A stretch of DNA of 58,800 bases from an uncultured virus (IMG/VR IMGVR_UViG_3300009104_000005). Its lineage: Duplodnaviria; Heunggongvirae; Uroviricota; Caudoviricetes. This document shows, one piece after another, positions 37,175 through 46,528 of this stretch (positions are counted from its first letter, which is position 1; each line of letters opens with the position of its first letter). The translations under genes were made by a program, and so were the position numbers. Location of the stretch: the IMG/VR virus record IMGVR_UViG_3300009104_000005; one strand, given 5' to 3'. The notes beneath the pieces are model-generated. The model searched no databases, had not been told where the DNA came from, and saw nothing but the letters and a program-made list of their open reading frames with translations.

Positions 37175-37412
37175 AACAACAGATTTTGACTCCGCGGTCA
37201 TTATGTATAACGAGAGTTATTGGGTGAGGGAAACCGCATACATAGTGAATGAAATGCTATACGCTATTGAGCAGAGTAAGAATCCTGAACTAACTGATGA
37301 GCAGAGAAAAGGCTACGCTAAGAGAGGTAGAGACCTGCGTGATAAAACGATAATGTGCATCAACAATGCATACAACGACTCCACCAAACAGGAGAATGAA
37401 GAAAATGAGTGA
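37152..37412 (+). CDS. Hypothetical protein
   Basis: Short coupled ORF. Confidence 0.6.
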   Translation: MKMTTNSETTDFDSAVIMYNESYWVRETAYIVNEMLYAIEQSKNPELTDEQRKGYAKRGRDLRDKTIMCINNAYNDSTKQENEENE

Positions 37413-38022
37413 AATAGAGAAGAACATGAAGAATATAACCAAGATTGAAGCAGATAATCCGAACCCGGATATATTCAGCGAGAACATAGAGGGAGAGAAG
37501 GGAGCACCTACGGAATTAGAGAACCCTGAGTTCAGGGTAAAAGCCGCTACCTTGAAGGGTAATGGGAGTCTACACATACAGTTAGGCCACCCTCAACCTT
37601 CCAAGGTCTGGAAGTTTATGGAGCAGAAATTTGGAACTCCATTTTCTCAGACTAACTCGGACAGAGTGCTAAGAAAGTATGGAGCAGCCTTCAACATCCC
37701 GACAGCCAATGGTTCGATAGACCAGCACGAGATGCAGGAACTCGGACACAGGTTGATAGAAGCAGGAGCCTTGGTAACTAGTTTTGCTAGTGCAGCCAAT
37801 GACTATGTGACGATGAAGTTCGTTGGAGTGGTTGATGGTAAGGATAACCGTGAGAAGGATGTGAAGATGATGGAGTTCGTGGTTGGAGATGATGAGCAAC
37901 TGTTCGTAGCCTTCAGTCACCTCGATGTGTTGAGCAAGACAGACAACGAAAACTATCCTTGTGTAAGACAAGAGTGCCTACTAGCCCTATTGGTAGATGA
38001 GTTCACCGGAGTTGATGCTTGA
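37405..38022 (+). CDS. Hypothetical protein
   Basis: ORF with GGAG RBS; start MSEIEK. Confidence 0.7.
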   Translation: MSEIEKNMKNITKIEADNPNPDIFSENIEGEKGAPTELENPEFRVKAATLKGNGSLHIQLGHPQPSKVWKFMEQKFGTPFSQTNSDRVLRKYGAAFNIPTANGSIDQHEMQELGHRLIEAGALVTSFASAANDYVTMKFVGVVDGKDNREKDVKMMEFVVGDDEQLFVAFSHLDVLSKTDNENYPCVRQECLLALLVDEFTGVDA

Positions 38023-38315
38023 TGGGAATGCCTGATATGACACCAAATGTGATTGCTAACATCATGTTTCAAGCCGCCAAAGGGGATGCTAAACTACCTC
38101 CTCTAAGGCAGGTATGTAGCGACTTCCCACCCAGCGTCACGCTGATGTGTAGGGATATGTTCATTGATAAGGTTAAGGAGAAGGATATGCCTACCAAAGA
38201 CCTCAAGGCTATGGAGAAGATAGTGGTGGCTATTGATAAGAGATTCAAACTGGGTAAGACTGTCTGTCGTTCCCCATCACCATCACTACACCGACTACTG
38301 AAGGAGGAGAAGTAG
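38019..38315 (+). CDS. Hypothetical protein
   Basis: Coupled ORF. Confidence 0.6.
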   Translation: MMGMPDMTPNVIANIMFQAAKGDAKLPPLRQVCSDFPPSVTLMCRDMFIDKVKEKDMPTKDLKAMEKIVVAIDKRFKLGKTVCRSPSPSLHRLLKEEK

Positions 38316-38426
38316 ATGTCTTGCCTGCACGAGAGGAATCGTTTTTGGCGCTACGCCCTCATGGATGGGAATGGGTGGTGCAAGCACTGCAACACAATGA
38401 CTGCCGTAAAGGAGAATTCACAATGA
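38316..38426 (+). CDS. 36-aa Cys/His peptide
   Basis: GGAGGAG RBS; MSCLH...WCKHC; ATGA overlap with the next gene. Confidence 0.5.
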   Translation: MSCLHERNRFWRYALMDGNGWCKHCNTMTAVKENSQ

Positions 38427-38587
38427 GTAAGATACTGATACTATGGCCAGAGAGTCAGCGTATTATGGCTCATCCTGAGGCGGTTCTTGACCTCAATATA
38501 CCTGATGAATCATCGGCATATTGGATTCCAGAGCACATTTGGGAAAAATATGAGAACTCATACTATCAAGGGGAGGAAGAGGAATGA
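38423..38587 (+). CDS. Small hypothetical protein
   Basis: AAGGAG RBS; MSKILILWPESQ; ends GEEEE. Confidence 0.6.
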   Translation: MSKILILWPESQRIMAHPEAVLDLNIPDESSAYWIPEHIWEKYENSYYQGEEEE

Positions 38588-38928
38588 ATTATCCACTAAC
38601 AGGCGAAGCGACAGAGAGATTCTTTGAAGAATGGGGTTTCATAATCCACGAGAAAGAAGACCAAGACGGAGGCTACTACGGATGGGAGAGGTGGCAGTTG
38701 AGTGCTGTCCTCAATAACCCCAAGAACATGTATTCTGGGAAAGACTACAAGAGAATCTGGTCAGTAGTAGAATCAGGAGAGTGTGGCTGTCTGTGGATAT
38801 GTGCTGGAGAGAAAAGCGTCAATGTTGTCCATCACATGGTTAGCACCAAACCTTGGGATGATATCAAGTTGGAGTGGCTCGATTATGAGTGCTATGAATG
38901 CCAAGAGAAGGAGAGTGAGGAAGAATGA
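38584..38928 (+). CDS. Hypothetical protein
   Basis: ATGA-coupled; ends SEEE. Confidence 0.7.
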   Translation: MNYPLTGEATERFFEEWGFIIHEKEDQDGGYYGWERWQLSAVLNNPKNMYSGKDYKRIWSVVESGECGCLWICAGEKSVNVVHHMVSTKPWDDIKLEWLDYECYECQEKESEEE

Positions 38929-39224
38929 GTAAAGAGGCAATTATCGCATATCTAGTGGAGAATAGCCATGGCTATGATGACCCCAAGTTTCACAGTGTGA
39001 ACAGGGAGAATTGGACTATCGCTGACCTGTTCATCAGACAACACTTAAACAACGGCTGTGATGGCTTTGGCATGGAGAATGTCGCTACAATATACAAGTA
39101 TCTAGTGAAACACAAGCAGGAACTGATTGAATACAACCTTCTTTCAAAAGATGGGGTGAACAATTTCGGTTTCACCCTGTGGGAGAATTACGATATAGGA
39201 TGGTATGAGGGGGAGGAAGAATGA
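38925..39224 (+). CDS. Hypothetical protein
   Basis: ATGA-coupled; ends GEEE. Confidence 0.7.
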   Translation: MSKEAIIAYLVENSHGYDDPKFHSVNRENWTIADLFIRQHLNNGCDGFGMENVATIYKYLVKHKQELIEYNLLSKDGVNNFGFTLWENYDIGWYEGEEE

Positions 39225-39301
39225 TTAGGTCAATGAAATTATTCTGGAGAAGAATCAGAGGCAAAGAACCAGTATTAGGTGCAGCAAGGGAGGAGGAGTG
39301 A

Positions 39302-39838
39302 ATGGGATTAGACCAATATCTCAGGAGAAGCACAAGTGTCCACAATTTCTGGTTAAAATCTCCAAAGATGAAGGAGTTAGGGCTTGAACCCAAGATAATC
39401 TTGGAGGACTTAGAGGACATAGACCCAGAGAAGATATGCTCAATAGTGGAAGAAATAGGCTATTGGAGAAAGTGTAATGCGATTCACAATTGGTTCGTGG
39501 AGAATGTACAAGATGGGGAAGATGACTGTGGAACCTATTCTGTAAGTCGGGACGAACTAAAGACATTACTCACAACCTGTGAGGAAATATGGGAGTTCTA
39601 CTTGGAGAACAAGAATAATCATGGCCAACCTAATGAGGAGGCTAAGGAGTTTGCAGAGGAGAACCTACCTAATGTTGAGGGCTTCTTCTTTGGTAATCAG
39701 TCATATGACAAGGACTACTTCGAGTGGCAGATTGAGTCAACAATAGAGATTCTCAAGCCAATAGTTGGTAATTATGGAACTGTTGATGGGTCTGAGAGCC
39801 TGTTGTTCCAACACTACGAATATCAGTCGAGTTGGTAG
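39302..39838 (+). CDS. Conserved phage protein of unknown function (MGLDQYL...YWRKxNAIHxWF family)
   Basis: MGLDQYL, EIGYWRKCNAIHNWFV, GFFFG and YQSSW motifs. Confidence 0.8.
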   Translation: MGLDQYLRRSTSVHNFWLKSPKMKELGLEPKIILEDLEDIDPEKICSIVEEIGYWRKCNAIHNWFVENVQDGEDDCGTYSVSRDELKTLLTTCEEIWEFYLENKNNHGQPNEEAKEFAEENLPNVEGFFFGNQSYDKDYFEWQIESTIEILKPIVGNYGTVDGSESLLFQHYEYQSSW

Positions 39839-40134
39839 ATATGGAAAGATACGAAGAAGCCGGAAAATATCATGATGTTCTCATATGTCCAGGGTGTAAG
39901 GCACTATACATTGATAGTGATGGGTGTCCAAACTACTGTATCGAATGTGAGAATTGCAACAAAATAACTGTTATCCAAAATCTGGACTCAACATTACTCT
40001 TGGAACTGGACTTGGAGATATGTATTACCTGTGCTGCCGTATGGATGGAGGAGTCTAAGACTAAACTTCCACCGAAGTCAGTTGTGGAACATGTCCAAGT
40101 CTCAGATATGGGGGACCATAAGGGGAGAAAGTAA
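39832..40134 (+). CDS. Cys-rich Zn-finger protein
   Basis: CPGC, CPNYC, CENC, CITC. Confidence 0.6.
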   Translation: MVDMERYEEAGKYHDVLICPGCKALYIDSDGCPNYCIECENCNKITVIQNLDSTLLLELDLEICITCAAVWMEESKTKLPPKSVVEHVQVSDMGDHKGRK

Positions 40135-40170
40135 TGAAACTATTAAATGAAATGATATGGGCGAGGTGAT

Positions 40171-40734
40171 ATGATGAGGAAGAAAACGATAGAAGAATAT
40201 AGAGAAGAAGTTGCAAATAGACCCTTTGAAACACATAATGAGTATAGGAATAGGGCTGGCACAGTAAGCCGTTATGTCCATCTCAAGAACCGAGATGTGC
40301 CTCATTGGGTAAGAGCCCGAGAGGTCAAGGAATACAAGGAAGCGTCTCTTAGAGCAGAAGCAAAGATTGCGGCAGAGGTAGCAAGAATAAAGTCCGAACA
40401 GCCCACATTCCATGAGAAGCAAATAGCATATGATGAGGCTCGTGGGGCTTACAGGTCGAGAACCTTCTTGGAAGGAACTCTGAAAATGAACGGTATCGAG
40501 CCTCGCGAATCAATTGAAGGTATGCGTGCACAGTTCGAGGACTGGAAAGAAACACTAAGAGTGAGGGCTGAAAAGGAGGCTGAGAGAATAGAATTTTTAA
40601 CTGGTCAGACCCAAGAAGAGGCTATACAGAAGGAGTTACAGTATCGGCAGAGACCAGAATCTCTGGAATTGCATGATGAAGAGGATGAGGAATTAGATGC
40701 CCTCCAACAGTTCAGTATTATGGAGGAGGAATGA
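40171..40734 (+). CDS. Hypothetical charged/coiled protein
   Basis: GAGGTGA RBS. Confidence 0.7.
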   Translation: MMRKKTIEEYREEVANRPFETHNEYRNRAGTVSRYVHLKNRDVPHWVRAREVKEYKEASLRAEAKIAAEVARIKSEQPTFHEKQIAYDEARGAYRSRTFLEGTLKMNGIEPRESIEGMRAQFEDWKETLRVRAEKEAERIEFLTGQTQEEAIQKELQYRQRPESLELHDEEDEELDALQQFSIMEEE

Positions 40735-40737
40735 TAC

Positions 40738-40851
40738 ATGTGGGGAATGAGTCAATTTGGAGACCTGATAGTAGGGGTCATGGGCGCTCTATTCATCTGG
40801 TTCTTTGCCTATGTGATATTTTTCCTCAAGGAAGGTGAGAAAAGTGAGTGA
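40738..40851 (+). CDS. 37-aa single-TM peptide
   Basis: GGAGGAGG RBS; LIVGVMGALFIWFFAYVIFFL. Confidence 0.5.
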   Translation: MWGMSQFGDLIVGVMGALFIWFFAYVIFFLKEGEKSE

Positions 40852-41074
40852 AATTAGTAGCAAGTGTGTAGAATGTGGAAAGAAAATCCCCTATGGGGGG
40901 AAAGGTAGACCTAGGACGAGGCATGAGAAGTGCATGACTCCTAGGCAGAGAAGCCAGAGAAAATATATGAAATCGTATATGCCCAAATATCATGATAGGC
41001 CTGGTAATAGGGAGAAACACAACAAGATTTCTAGAGAGTATCACAAGAGGAAGAGAGAGGAGTCACATGGCTGA
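40835..41074 (+). CDS. Basic Zn-ribbon protein
   Basis: CVECG..GRPR..HEKC. Confidence 0.6.
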   Translation: MRKVSEISSKCVECGKKIPYGGKGRPRTRHEKCMTPRQRSQRKYMKSYMPKYHDRPGNREKHNKISREYHKRKREESHG

Positions 41075-41229
41075 CTTCATGAGGATTCGACTGATAACGC
41101 AAGAGTGGCGGTATGAGGAGTGGGACATAGATTCCACCCCCAACCCTTCACTTTATCCTTTGCAGCAAGGCAAAGTAAATAAGAGTCAAGTCCCCGTAGG
41201 GGATTACCAAAGACAAGGAGAGATAGAAA

Positions 41230-42819
41230 ATGACAAAACAGCAAGTAATAATGATAGCAGACAAGGTCAAGAAGAATGACTCTGGGACAGTAGTATCGCT
41301 ACACTACTCGGCTATAGGGGGAGACGATACAGTCACCCTAGTCCCATTCAATTCTTTGACCACCTTCAAGATTAAGGAGGGGGAATGGCTCTGTAAGGTG
41401 TCCGAGTTTGAGACACCCGGAGGAGTATTCAGACCCGAAATGGTCTTCAAGGGAGAGAGAGAACCAGTGCAACCAAGTAGCGAATTGCACATAGACCTGA
41501 TAGACATGGTAGAACAAGGTGCAGCAGAGCAGAATCTCAAAAAGCGCATCAAAGCGGACGAGACCATAACTACTGGAGATAACAATGTAGGAATAGGTCA
41601 TGAAGCCGGAGATGATGTATGGGATGGAGCACTACTGAAGGGAGGGAGAGCCAAGAAAACGGCTCCTTGGAACTTCACACCAGAGTTCCTACCTAACTTC
41701 GTGTTTGATGGTCAGACAGAGGAGTTCGTAAGGGTGAACAAAGCCAATGGTAACGCAGCCACTTGGAGTATATTCAATCCTGCCATGAAGACAGAGAAAA
41801 GGCCTGCTGGGGCCCTATTGGGTTCAGTTAGCGACAGATACCATGTGCTTCCACACCCTCAATGGGTTGAGCCGATGCTGAGATACGCAGAGATGTCCAG
41901 CATCAACTCGTCAGTCACGGCTTGGAATGATGGTGCTCGTTGTAGAGTGGACTTGGATGTGACCCAAGCGGCACAGACAAGGAAAGCAGCAGCAGCGCAG
42001 TTAAGGGAGAAGGGACACAGTTTCCTAAACACAGATGCATTTAGTGAGGCTGCCCAGAACCTGGATGGGCTCTACAAGTTTGGATTTACGATTAACAACA
42101 GCCTAGATGGGAGAGGTTCATTCAGCGTTCATGGAGGAGCCCTGAGAACCTACTGCAGCAACCTTGCAGTCGCTGGAGGTATCAAGACAGCCCTGAGCCT
42201 TAGACATACTAAGGGAGTCATGGCTGATATTGATTGGGATGTACTGGGTCTAGACCTAGTGAACGCTACAGCACAACTCAATGAGTGGTTGGTCAATACC
42301 GAACTACTCTCTTGGGTCCCAATGGATATCCAACTGATGGACAAGATGATGTATGTAATGTCAGAGAACAACATAGGCCTGTCTCCACCTAGAATCGTTA
42401 AGGATAAGGAGACACAAGAGGTCAAGAATGTCAACAGGGGCCACATGGATTTGGCTCTGGCACAGGGTTGGAAAGACCCTAACCTATACTATGTGAAGGC
42501 GGCTGATGAGAAGAATACAGCGTATCATGCGCTACAATGCTTCACAGGAGCCATAACTCACAAGCCTACTGTGTTTGATGATAAGAGGAAACTCGATGGA
42601 ACAGCATTGGGTATGGACACCCTAGATGGGAGACTCAAGAGAGTCAATGATGAGTTCATGAAGATGTTCGATTATGTCACTCAAGAGTATGAGGGGGCTG
42701 ACATGTCGATTGAAGATAAAGAGAGTTTCAGAGACCTCGTTAGGAAAGAGAACCTAGTAGAGGCATACCTGGATGGTATTCCAGGATATACGGAGGTGCA
42801 CGGTATTAGTGCACTATGA
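41230..42819 (+). CDS. DUF932-family protein with N-terminal extension
   Basis: LLGSVSDRYHVL, INNSLDGRGSF, LRTYCSN and LRHT motifs. Confidence 0.8.
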   Translation: MTKQQVIMIADKVKKNDSGTVVSLHYSAIGGDDTVTLVPFNSLTTFKIKEGEWLCKVSEFETPGGVFRPEMVFKGEREPVQPSSELHIDLIDMVEQGAAEQNLKKRIKADETITTGDNNVGIGHEAGDDVWDGALLKGGRAKKTAPWNFTPEFLPNFVFDGQTEEFVRVNKANGNAATWSIFNPAMKTEKRPAGALLGSVSDRYHVLPHPQWVEPMLRYAEMSSINSSVTAWNDGARCRVDLDVTQAAQTRKAAAAQLREKGHSFLNTDAFSEAAQNLDGLYKFGFTINNSLDGRGSFSVHGGALRTYCSNLAVAGGIKTALSLRHTKGVMADIDWDVLGLDLVNATAQLNEWLVNTELLSWVPMDIQLMDKMMYVMSENNIGLSPPRIVKDKETQEVKNVNRGHMDLALAQGWKDPNLYYVKAADEKNTAYHALQCFTGAITHKPTVFDDKRKLDGTALGMDTLDGRLKRVNDEFMKMFDYVTQEYEGADMSIEDKESFRDLVRKENLVEAYLDGIPGYTEVHGISAL

Positions 42820-42935
42820 TACTCGCACCCGTTGGAACGGGGCGAGGGAGTATAAACCAACGATAAGTGTGAGAAGCATTTTGGTTTGTGTTGTGTTGGG
42901 TTTACCAAACTCCCTCGTCCCACCTATTGGGAGTA
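42820..42935 (+). ncRNA. Candidate structured intergenic RNA
   Basis: 13-bp stem (42839-42851 with 42909-42921) enclosing a 9-bp stem (ataaaccaa/ttggtttgt) and a ttgg/ccaa mini-stem. Confidence 0.45.
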
Positions 42936-42942
42936 GAGGAGA

Positions 42943-43410
42943 ATGATGAAAATGAGTGAGAAAACTTGGAGCAAGAAAAGAAAACTGAAAGAGAAGAAGA
43001 TAAGGCAAGCCTTGAAGTGGGCGACTGGTAAAGAGTCGTTCACCAAGAGGGACTTGCGTGCTGGCCCTTGGAAGGGAATGCCGCCTGGACAGGCTGTTAG
43101 ATTCCTCAAGGAAATGCGTGATAGAGGAGTAGTTGTGATGCATGGGAGCACAAGGAAAGCCTACTACACTTTGGCTAACGCTGAAGTAGCACCTGAAATC
43201 ACTGCATCTGCAGATGATGCCAGAGAAGAAGTTGAGGAGGAAGTACAGAACCCTTGGCTAGTGGCTAGGACTGTAACAGGCCAGAGAGCATTGAACATCG
43301 CTACGATATGTGATGCACTGCTCGCTGGAGAGGCTGGGCTGAACGCCTTGGCCGAAATCAAGAACCAAGCGGTTCTTATCCTTGGAGACCTAGAACTTCT
43401 GGAGGAATAA
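42943..43410 (+). CDS. Winged-helix DNA-binding protein
   Basis: FTKRDL..QAVRFLKEMRDRGVV..GSTRKAYYTL wHTH pattern. Confidence 0.65.
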   Translation: MMKMSEKTWSKKRKLKEKKIRQALKWATGKESFTKRDLRAGPWKGMPPGQAVRFLKEMRDRGVVVMHGSTRKAYYTLANAEVAPEITASADDAREEVEEEVQNPWLVARTVTGQRALNIATICDALLAGEAGLNALAEIKNQAVLILGDLELLEE

Positions 43411-43412
43411 TC

Positions 43413-43760
43413 GTGAAGATGGCGGAGGCTGAAGGGCCTTGCCCTTGCGGAGGAACCGTTTGTAAGAACGCCTTCGGATGGGTATTCGGAAACATCCACG
43501 ACCTTGCAGGGAACATACACAGCGGACGCTACGATGTGAAAGTGTGTGAGATGTTCCCTCAGGAGTTGATGGAGTGGGATGCGGAGGACGGTATATTCCT
43601 ACCTCCACCCCCACCCGGAATGAGTATTGAGACCATCAAGGGTTTCATGGGGATATTCGCAAACACCGAGAAGGACTTGCAGAAGGGGGATAGTGGTATC
43701 ACCACCTCCGAAAGGAAACACGAACAGTTTGAAGGAGGATGGCAAGATGGAAACGCATGA
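43413..43760 (+). CDS. Hypothetical protein
   Basis: GGAGG RBS; CPCGG motif. Confidence 0.6.
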   Translation: MKMAEAEGPCPCGGTVCKNAFGWVFGNIHDLAGNIHSGRYDVKVCEMFPQELMEWDAEDGIFLPPPPPGMSIETIKGFMGIFANTEKDLQKGDSGITTSERKHEQFEGGWQDGNA

Positions 43761-43920
43761 CAGATTGGTGTTTAGGGAATGGCTAACTGAGATGGCTAGT
43801 TCCTTAGAGGCTGAGTTCATCGAAAGATTGACTGATGCTGGACTGATAATGACAGTAAGACAGGACTCGTGGAAGGCAGGTCCTGTCATGAATATCTACC
43901 TCCGAAAGGAGAAAGACTGA
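43747..43920 (+). CDS. Small hypothetical protein
   Basis: GGAGG RBS before METHDRL. Confidence 0.55.
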   Translation: METHDRLVFREWLTEMASSLEAEFIERLTDAGLIMTVRQDSWKAGPVMNIYLRKEKD

Positions 43921-43926
43921 CACAAA

Positions 43927-43961
43927 ACTGGGTCGGGGAGAAGGAAACTCCTCGGCCCAGT
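43927..43961 (+). other. 14-bp intergenic hairpin
   Basis: actgggtcggggag-aaggaaa-ctcctcggcccagt. Confidence 0.65.
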
Positions 43962-43996
43962 GCCTACACACAAAACCAAAACAAGGAGAAAAGAAA

Positions 43997-44479
43997 ATGA
44001 CAATTGAAATTGGAAATGAAGAGAAAACTAACAATGAAAGCGGAGCAATGGCGTGTGGTATCGTACTACCAAAGGACAAGTATGACCATGCTATTGACTA
44101 TCTGATAGCGCATCCTGAAGACATCCACGATGCATGGGCTAGTCCGGGTGCATACGAAGGTAGAGGAGGCGAACTCTTTGGGTTCGTAGCACCTGTATGG
44201 TCTGACTCTAGCGCTACGGCCTACGGCAAAGACGGAGTTAGAGTCGGAACCTGTGGCTGCTTACAACAAATACGCGCTGCTAAGGTGGACGACGGTATGA
44301 CTGCTAGGTCAGCCGAAGGGTCTCAGGTAATGTCATACTGGAACAGACTATGGGATGCAATCGCCAGCGATAGGCGACTCCCATCAGATGCTACAGACAT
44401 AACCGTAGAAGACCTACCCGTCTTTGCTGAATGGCAGAGAGAGATAGACCAGAAGAGGAAGCAGGATGGATTCCTATGA
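43997..44479 (+). CDS. Hypothetical phage protein
   Basis: AAGGAG RBS; GCLQQIR...LPVFAEWQREID. Confidence 0.7.
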   Translation: MTIEIGNEEKTNNESGAMACGIVLPKDKYDHAIDYLIAHPEDIHDAWASPGAYEGRGGELFGFVAPVWSDSSATAYGKDGVRVGTCGCLQQIRAAKVDDGMTARSAEGSQVMSYWNRLWDAIASDRRLPSDATDITVEDLPVFAEWQREIDQKRKQDGFL

Positions 44480-44829
44480 GTGAGGAAACGCAAAACCTGG
44501 AGTCGGAGGGTTCGCCCTCCGGCTCCGGCCAACCGGGTAAGATAAACCAATACAAAACTATCCTCACATGTACATGTGTAGGGCGCCCCGCTATGGGAAC
44601 TGGGGGAGCAGTGGGTATAACTCTGAAGGACTGGGGTAGAATCAAGTGCGGTAAGGTAATCGAGATACCTGTAAAACACAACATCCCCTTTAGCAAACAG
44701 ACTAAGCCATTTCTGGAGGCTAACGGGTGGAAGAACCTGAAGACTTTGGGCTTCTTCCAGCGACTATGTCCAGATTGCTCAGAGTTTGTGCTGAACATGA
44801 GAGCCCGAGACAAGAGCACATGGGGCTGA
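44476..44829 (+). CDS. Zn-binding hypothetical protein; 5' coding region carries a UUCG hairpin
   Basis: ATGA overlap; CTC..CPDC. Confidence 0.6.
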   Translation: MSEETQNLESEGSPSGSGQPGKINQYKTILTCTCVGRPAMGTGGAVGITLKDWGRIKCGKVIEIPVKHNIPFSKQTKPFLEANGWKNLKTLGFFQRLCPDCSEFVLNMRARDKSTWG

Positions 44830-44834
44830 TTGTT

Positions 44835-45248
44835 ATGACAATAACAAATGAAAACCCGGAGTCAGGGGATGAAAACCCTGGCTCCGGCCAAATAGACAAG
44901 TATGGGAACAAGGTGACTAACATGCAAGGGTTTGACCCCGATGGAGATATTATGTCTCCTGGTTTTGCCCTGTTCAACAGTCACAAGAACGATGCCTACA
45001 ACAAGGCTAAGACCGACATGATTAGGGTATTGGGGCAGGACGATTGGGATGAGTATATCGAACCCCTAGAAGAGGATGGTATAATGGCTATCTTCGATGA
45101 AGACCCTATGCATGAAACATACTGGTTCGTCATGAGAGTGACGATGTATGTGAACGAGAACATGTCCTTTGAGATGGATGATGAGATAGGCACATTCTGT
45201 CCAGCATGGCACAAGGAGACAATGGAGGCATTTGATGAAGATAACTGA
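44835..45248 (+). CDS. Acidic hypothetical protein; 5' coding region carries a related hairpin
   Basis: GGGG RBS-like sequence; MTITNENPESG. Confidence 0.65.
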   Translation: MTITNENPESGDENPGSGQIDKYGNKVTNMQGFDPDGDIMSPGFALFNSHKNDAYNKAKTDMIRVLGQDDWDEYIEPLEEDGIMAIFDEDPMHETYWFVMRVTMYVNENMSFEMDDEIGTFCPAWHKETMEAFDEDN

Positions 45249-45492
45249 TATAATCCATCACGAACACTTTGAACTGTTCATTCTAGGCTGTTGCTTAGGA
45301 TTAGTAGGGATGCTATACTTCAAAATGAATGAATTACTGATTGACTACAAGAAAATCAACAGAGAGAATCTAGCACATGTCATGGCCATTAACACCTTTG
45401 TGGCTGCTGACATAATCACCATAGAACAGTATGACAGCATGTTTGACTTGTATCACGATGCACTAATTGCCGCAGAGGAGGAAGAGGAATGA
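45235..45492 (+). CDS. Small membrane protein
   Basis: TM LFILGCCLGLVGMLYF; ends EEEEE. Confidence 0.65.
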   Translation: MKITDIIHHEHFELFILGCCLGLVGMLYFKMNELLIDYKKINRENLAHVMAINTFVAADIITIEQYDSMFDLYHDALIAAEEEEE

Positions 45493-45662
45493 CCGCACCA
45501 CACCATGTATTGAAGATTGAAGAACTTGATAAGAGGCTGAAAGCACTTGAAGAACTAGTCTTGAAGCAACACGATATCATTGGGATATTGATTAAGGCAG
45601 GGCAATCGCACTCCGAATACTTCGCACAGCATGTGCAGAACAAATTGGAGGAAGAAGAATGA
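45489..45662 (+). CDS. 57-aa coiled-coil peptide
   Basis: ATGA overlaps at both ends; IEELDKRLKALEELVL; ends EEEE. Confidence 0.6.
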   Translation: MTAPHHVLKIEELDKRLKALEELVLKQHDIIGILIKAGQSHSEYFAQHVQNKLEEEE

Positions 45663-46000
45663 ACCGTCTTTCCTGTTTAGATAAGGAACACTTGGGACTG
45701 GAAATAGACTCCCTCAAGTGTGACCCTTGCATATGGAATGGAGAGTTGGCTAACTTACTCGATGAGTTAGATGCCGAGGCACTCAAGCAGATACCAGAAG
45801 AGTATGCACAAGAGCGATTCGGTGTGAGTCGTGATGAATTAGACTACACACACTTAGAGGCAATGTGTGATGGTGTAGAGTTATCACCCCATTGGTTCGC
45901 CGCCTTCGTTATTTTGCAGAAGATTGATGTATTAGTTGCTTTAGAGGGGCTAGACTACACGCCCTGTGAATCTCCTACGAGTATGGAGGAAGAAGAATGA
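45659..46000 (+). CDS. Hypothetical protein
   Basis: Coupled; ends MEEEE. Confidence 0.65.
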   Translation: MNRLSCLDKEHLGLEIDSLKCDPCIWNGELANLLDELDAEALKQIPEEYAQERFGVSRDELDYTHLEAMCDGVELSPHWFAAFVILQKIDVLVALEGLDYTPCESPTSMEEEE

Positions 46001-46212
46001 AGAAGAAGATTAGATGTCCAGAATGTGGTGAAAACAGTATCATAATGTGGTGCTCAGGAGAGATGGGGTATCATGTTAGATACGACAAATATCGCAGGGA
46101 GATAGTCCGTGATGGTATAGAATACGATGAAGTGTCCTTTGAGACTTACACATGCGGTTGTGGATATGAGACAACAAGAGGTATAGATATTCTTGTAGAG
46201 GTGAGAGAATGA
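45997..46212 (+). CDS. Zn-ribbon protein
   Basis: CPECG...CGCG. Confidence 0.65.
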   Translation: MKKKIRCPECGENSIIMWCSGEMGYHVRYDKYRREIVRDGIEYDEVSFETYTCGCGYETTRGIDILVEVRE

Positions 46213-46301
46213 GAGACAAAACGAAATGTAAGTATTGCGACTGTCCTATTCCGAGAGGACATGACAGGCGATTCAAATGTCAGAGGTGCAACATATGGTA
46301 A
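46209..46301 (+). CDS. 30-aa Zn-finger peptide
   Basis: MRDKTKCKYCDCPIPRGHDRRFKCQRCNIW; GAGGTG RBS. Confidence 0.5.
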   Translation: MRDKTKCKYCDCPIPRGHDRRFKCQRCNIW

Positions 46302-46528
46302 AGATTGACACAAGTGAATTAGAAGGAATACAATGCTACGATTGTGGTACAATTAGGACTCAATTATACTTTAATCATGAAGTACATGATTATGCGTATA
46401 AACAGGTCACTTGTCTAGAATGCTATAAATTGCGGATGAAACCCTGTGACTGTGGGTGCGAGGAGAGAGAAGAATGATAGAAAATCTTGGTATTACCATC
46501 CTCATTCAGAGGTGCAACATATGGTAAA
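46280..46528 (+). repeat. Exact 23-bp direct repeat (46280-46302, 46506-46528)
   Basis: tcagaggtgcaacatatggtaaa occurs twice; contains GAGGTG RBS and ATG. Confidence 0.9.
46295..46477 (+). CDS. Small Zn-finger protein
   Basis: CYDC..CLEC..CDCGC. Confidence 0.6.
   Translation: MVKIDTSELEGIQCYDCGTIRTQLYFNHEVHDYAYKQVTCLECYKLRMKPCDCGCEEREE

Noticed and set aside
42839..42925. tRNA gene
   Set aside because: No TTCG T-loop, D-loop or anticodon arm geometry; the closing stem is too long.
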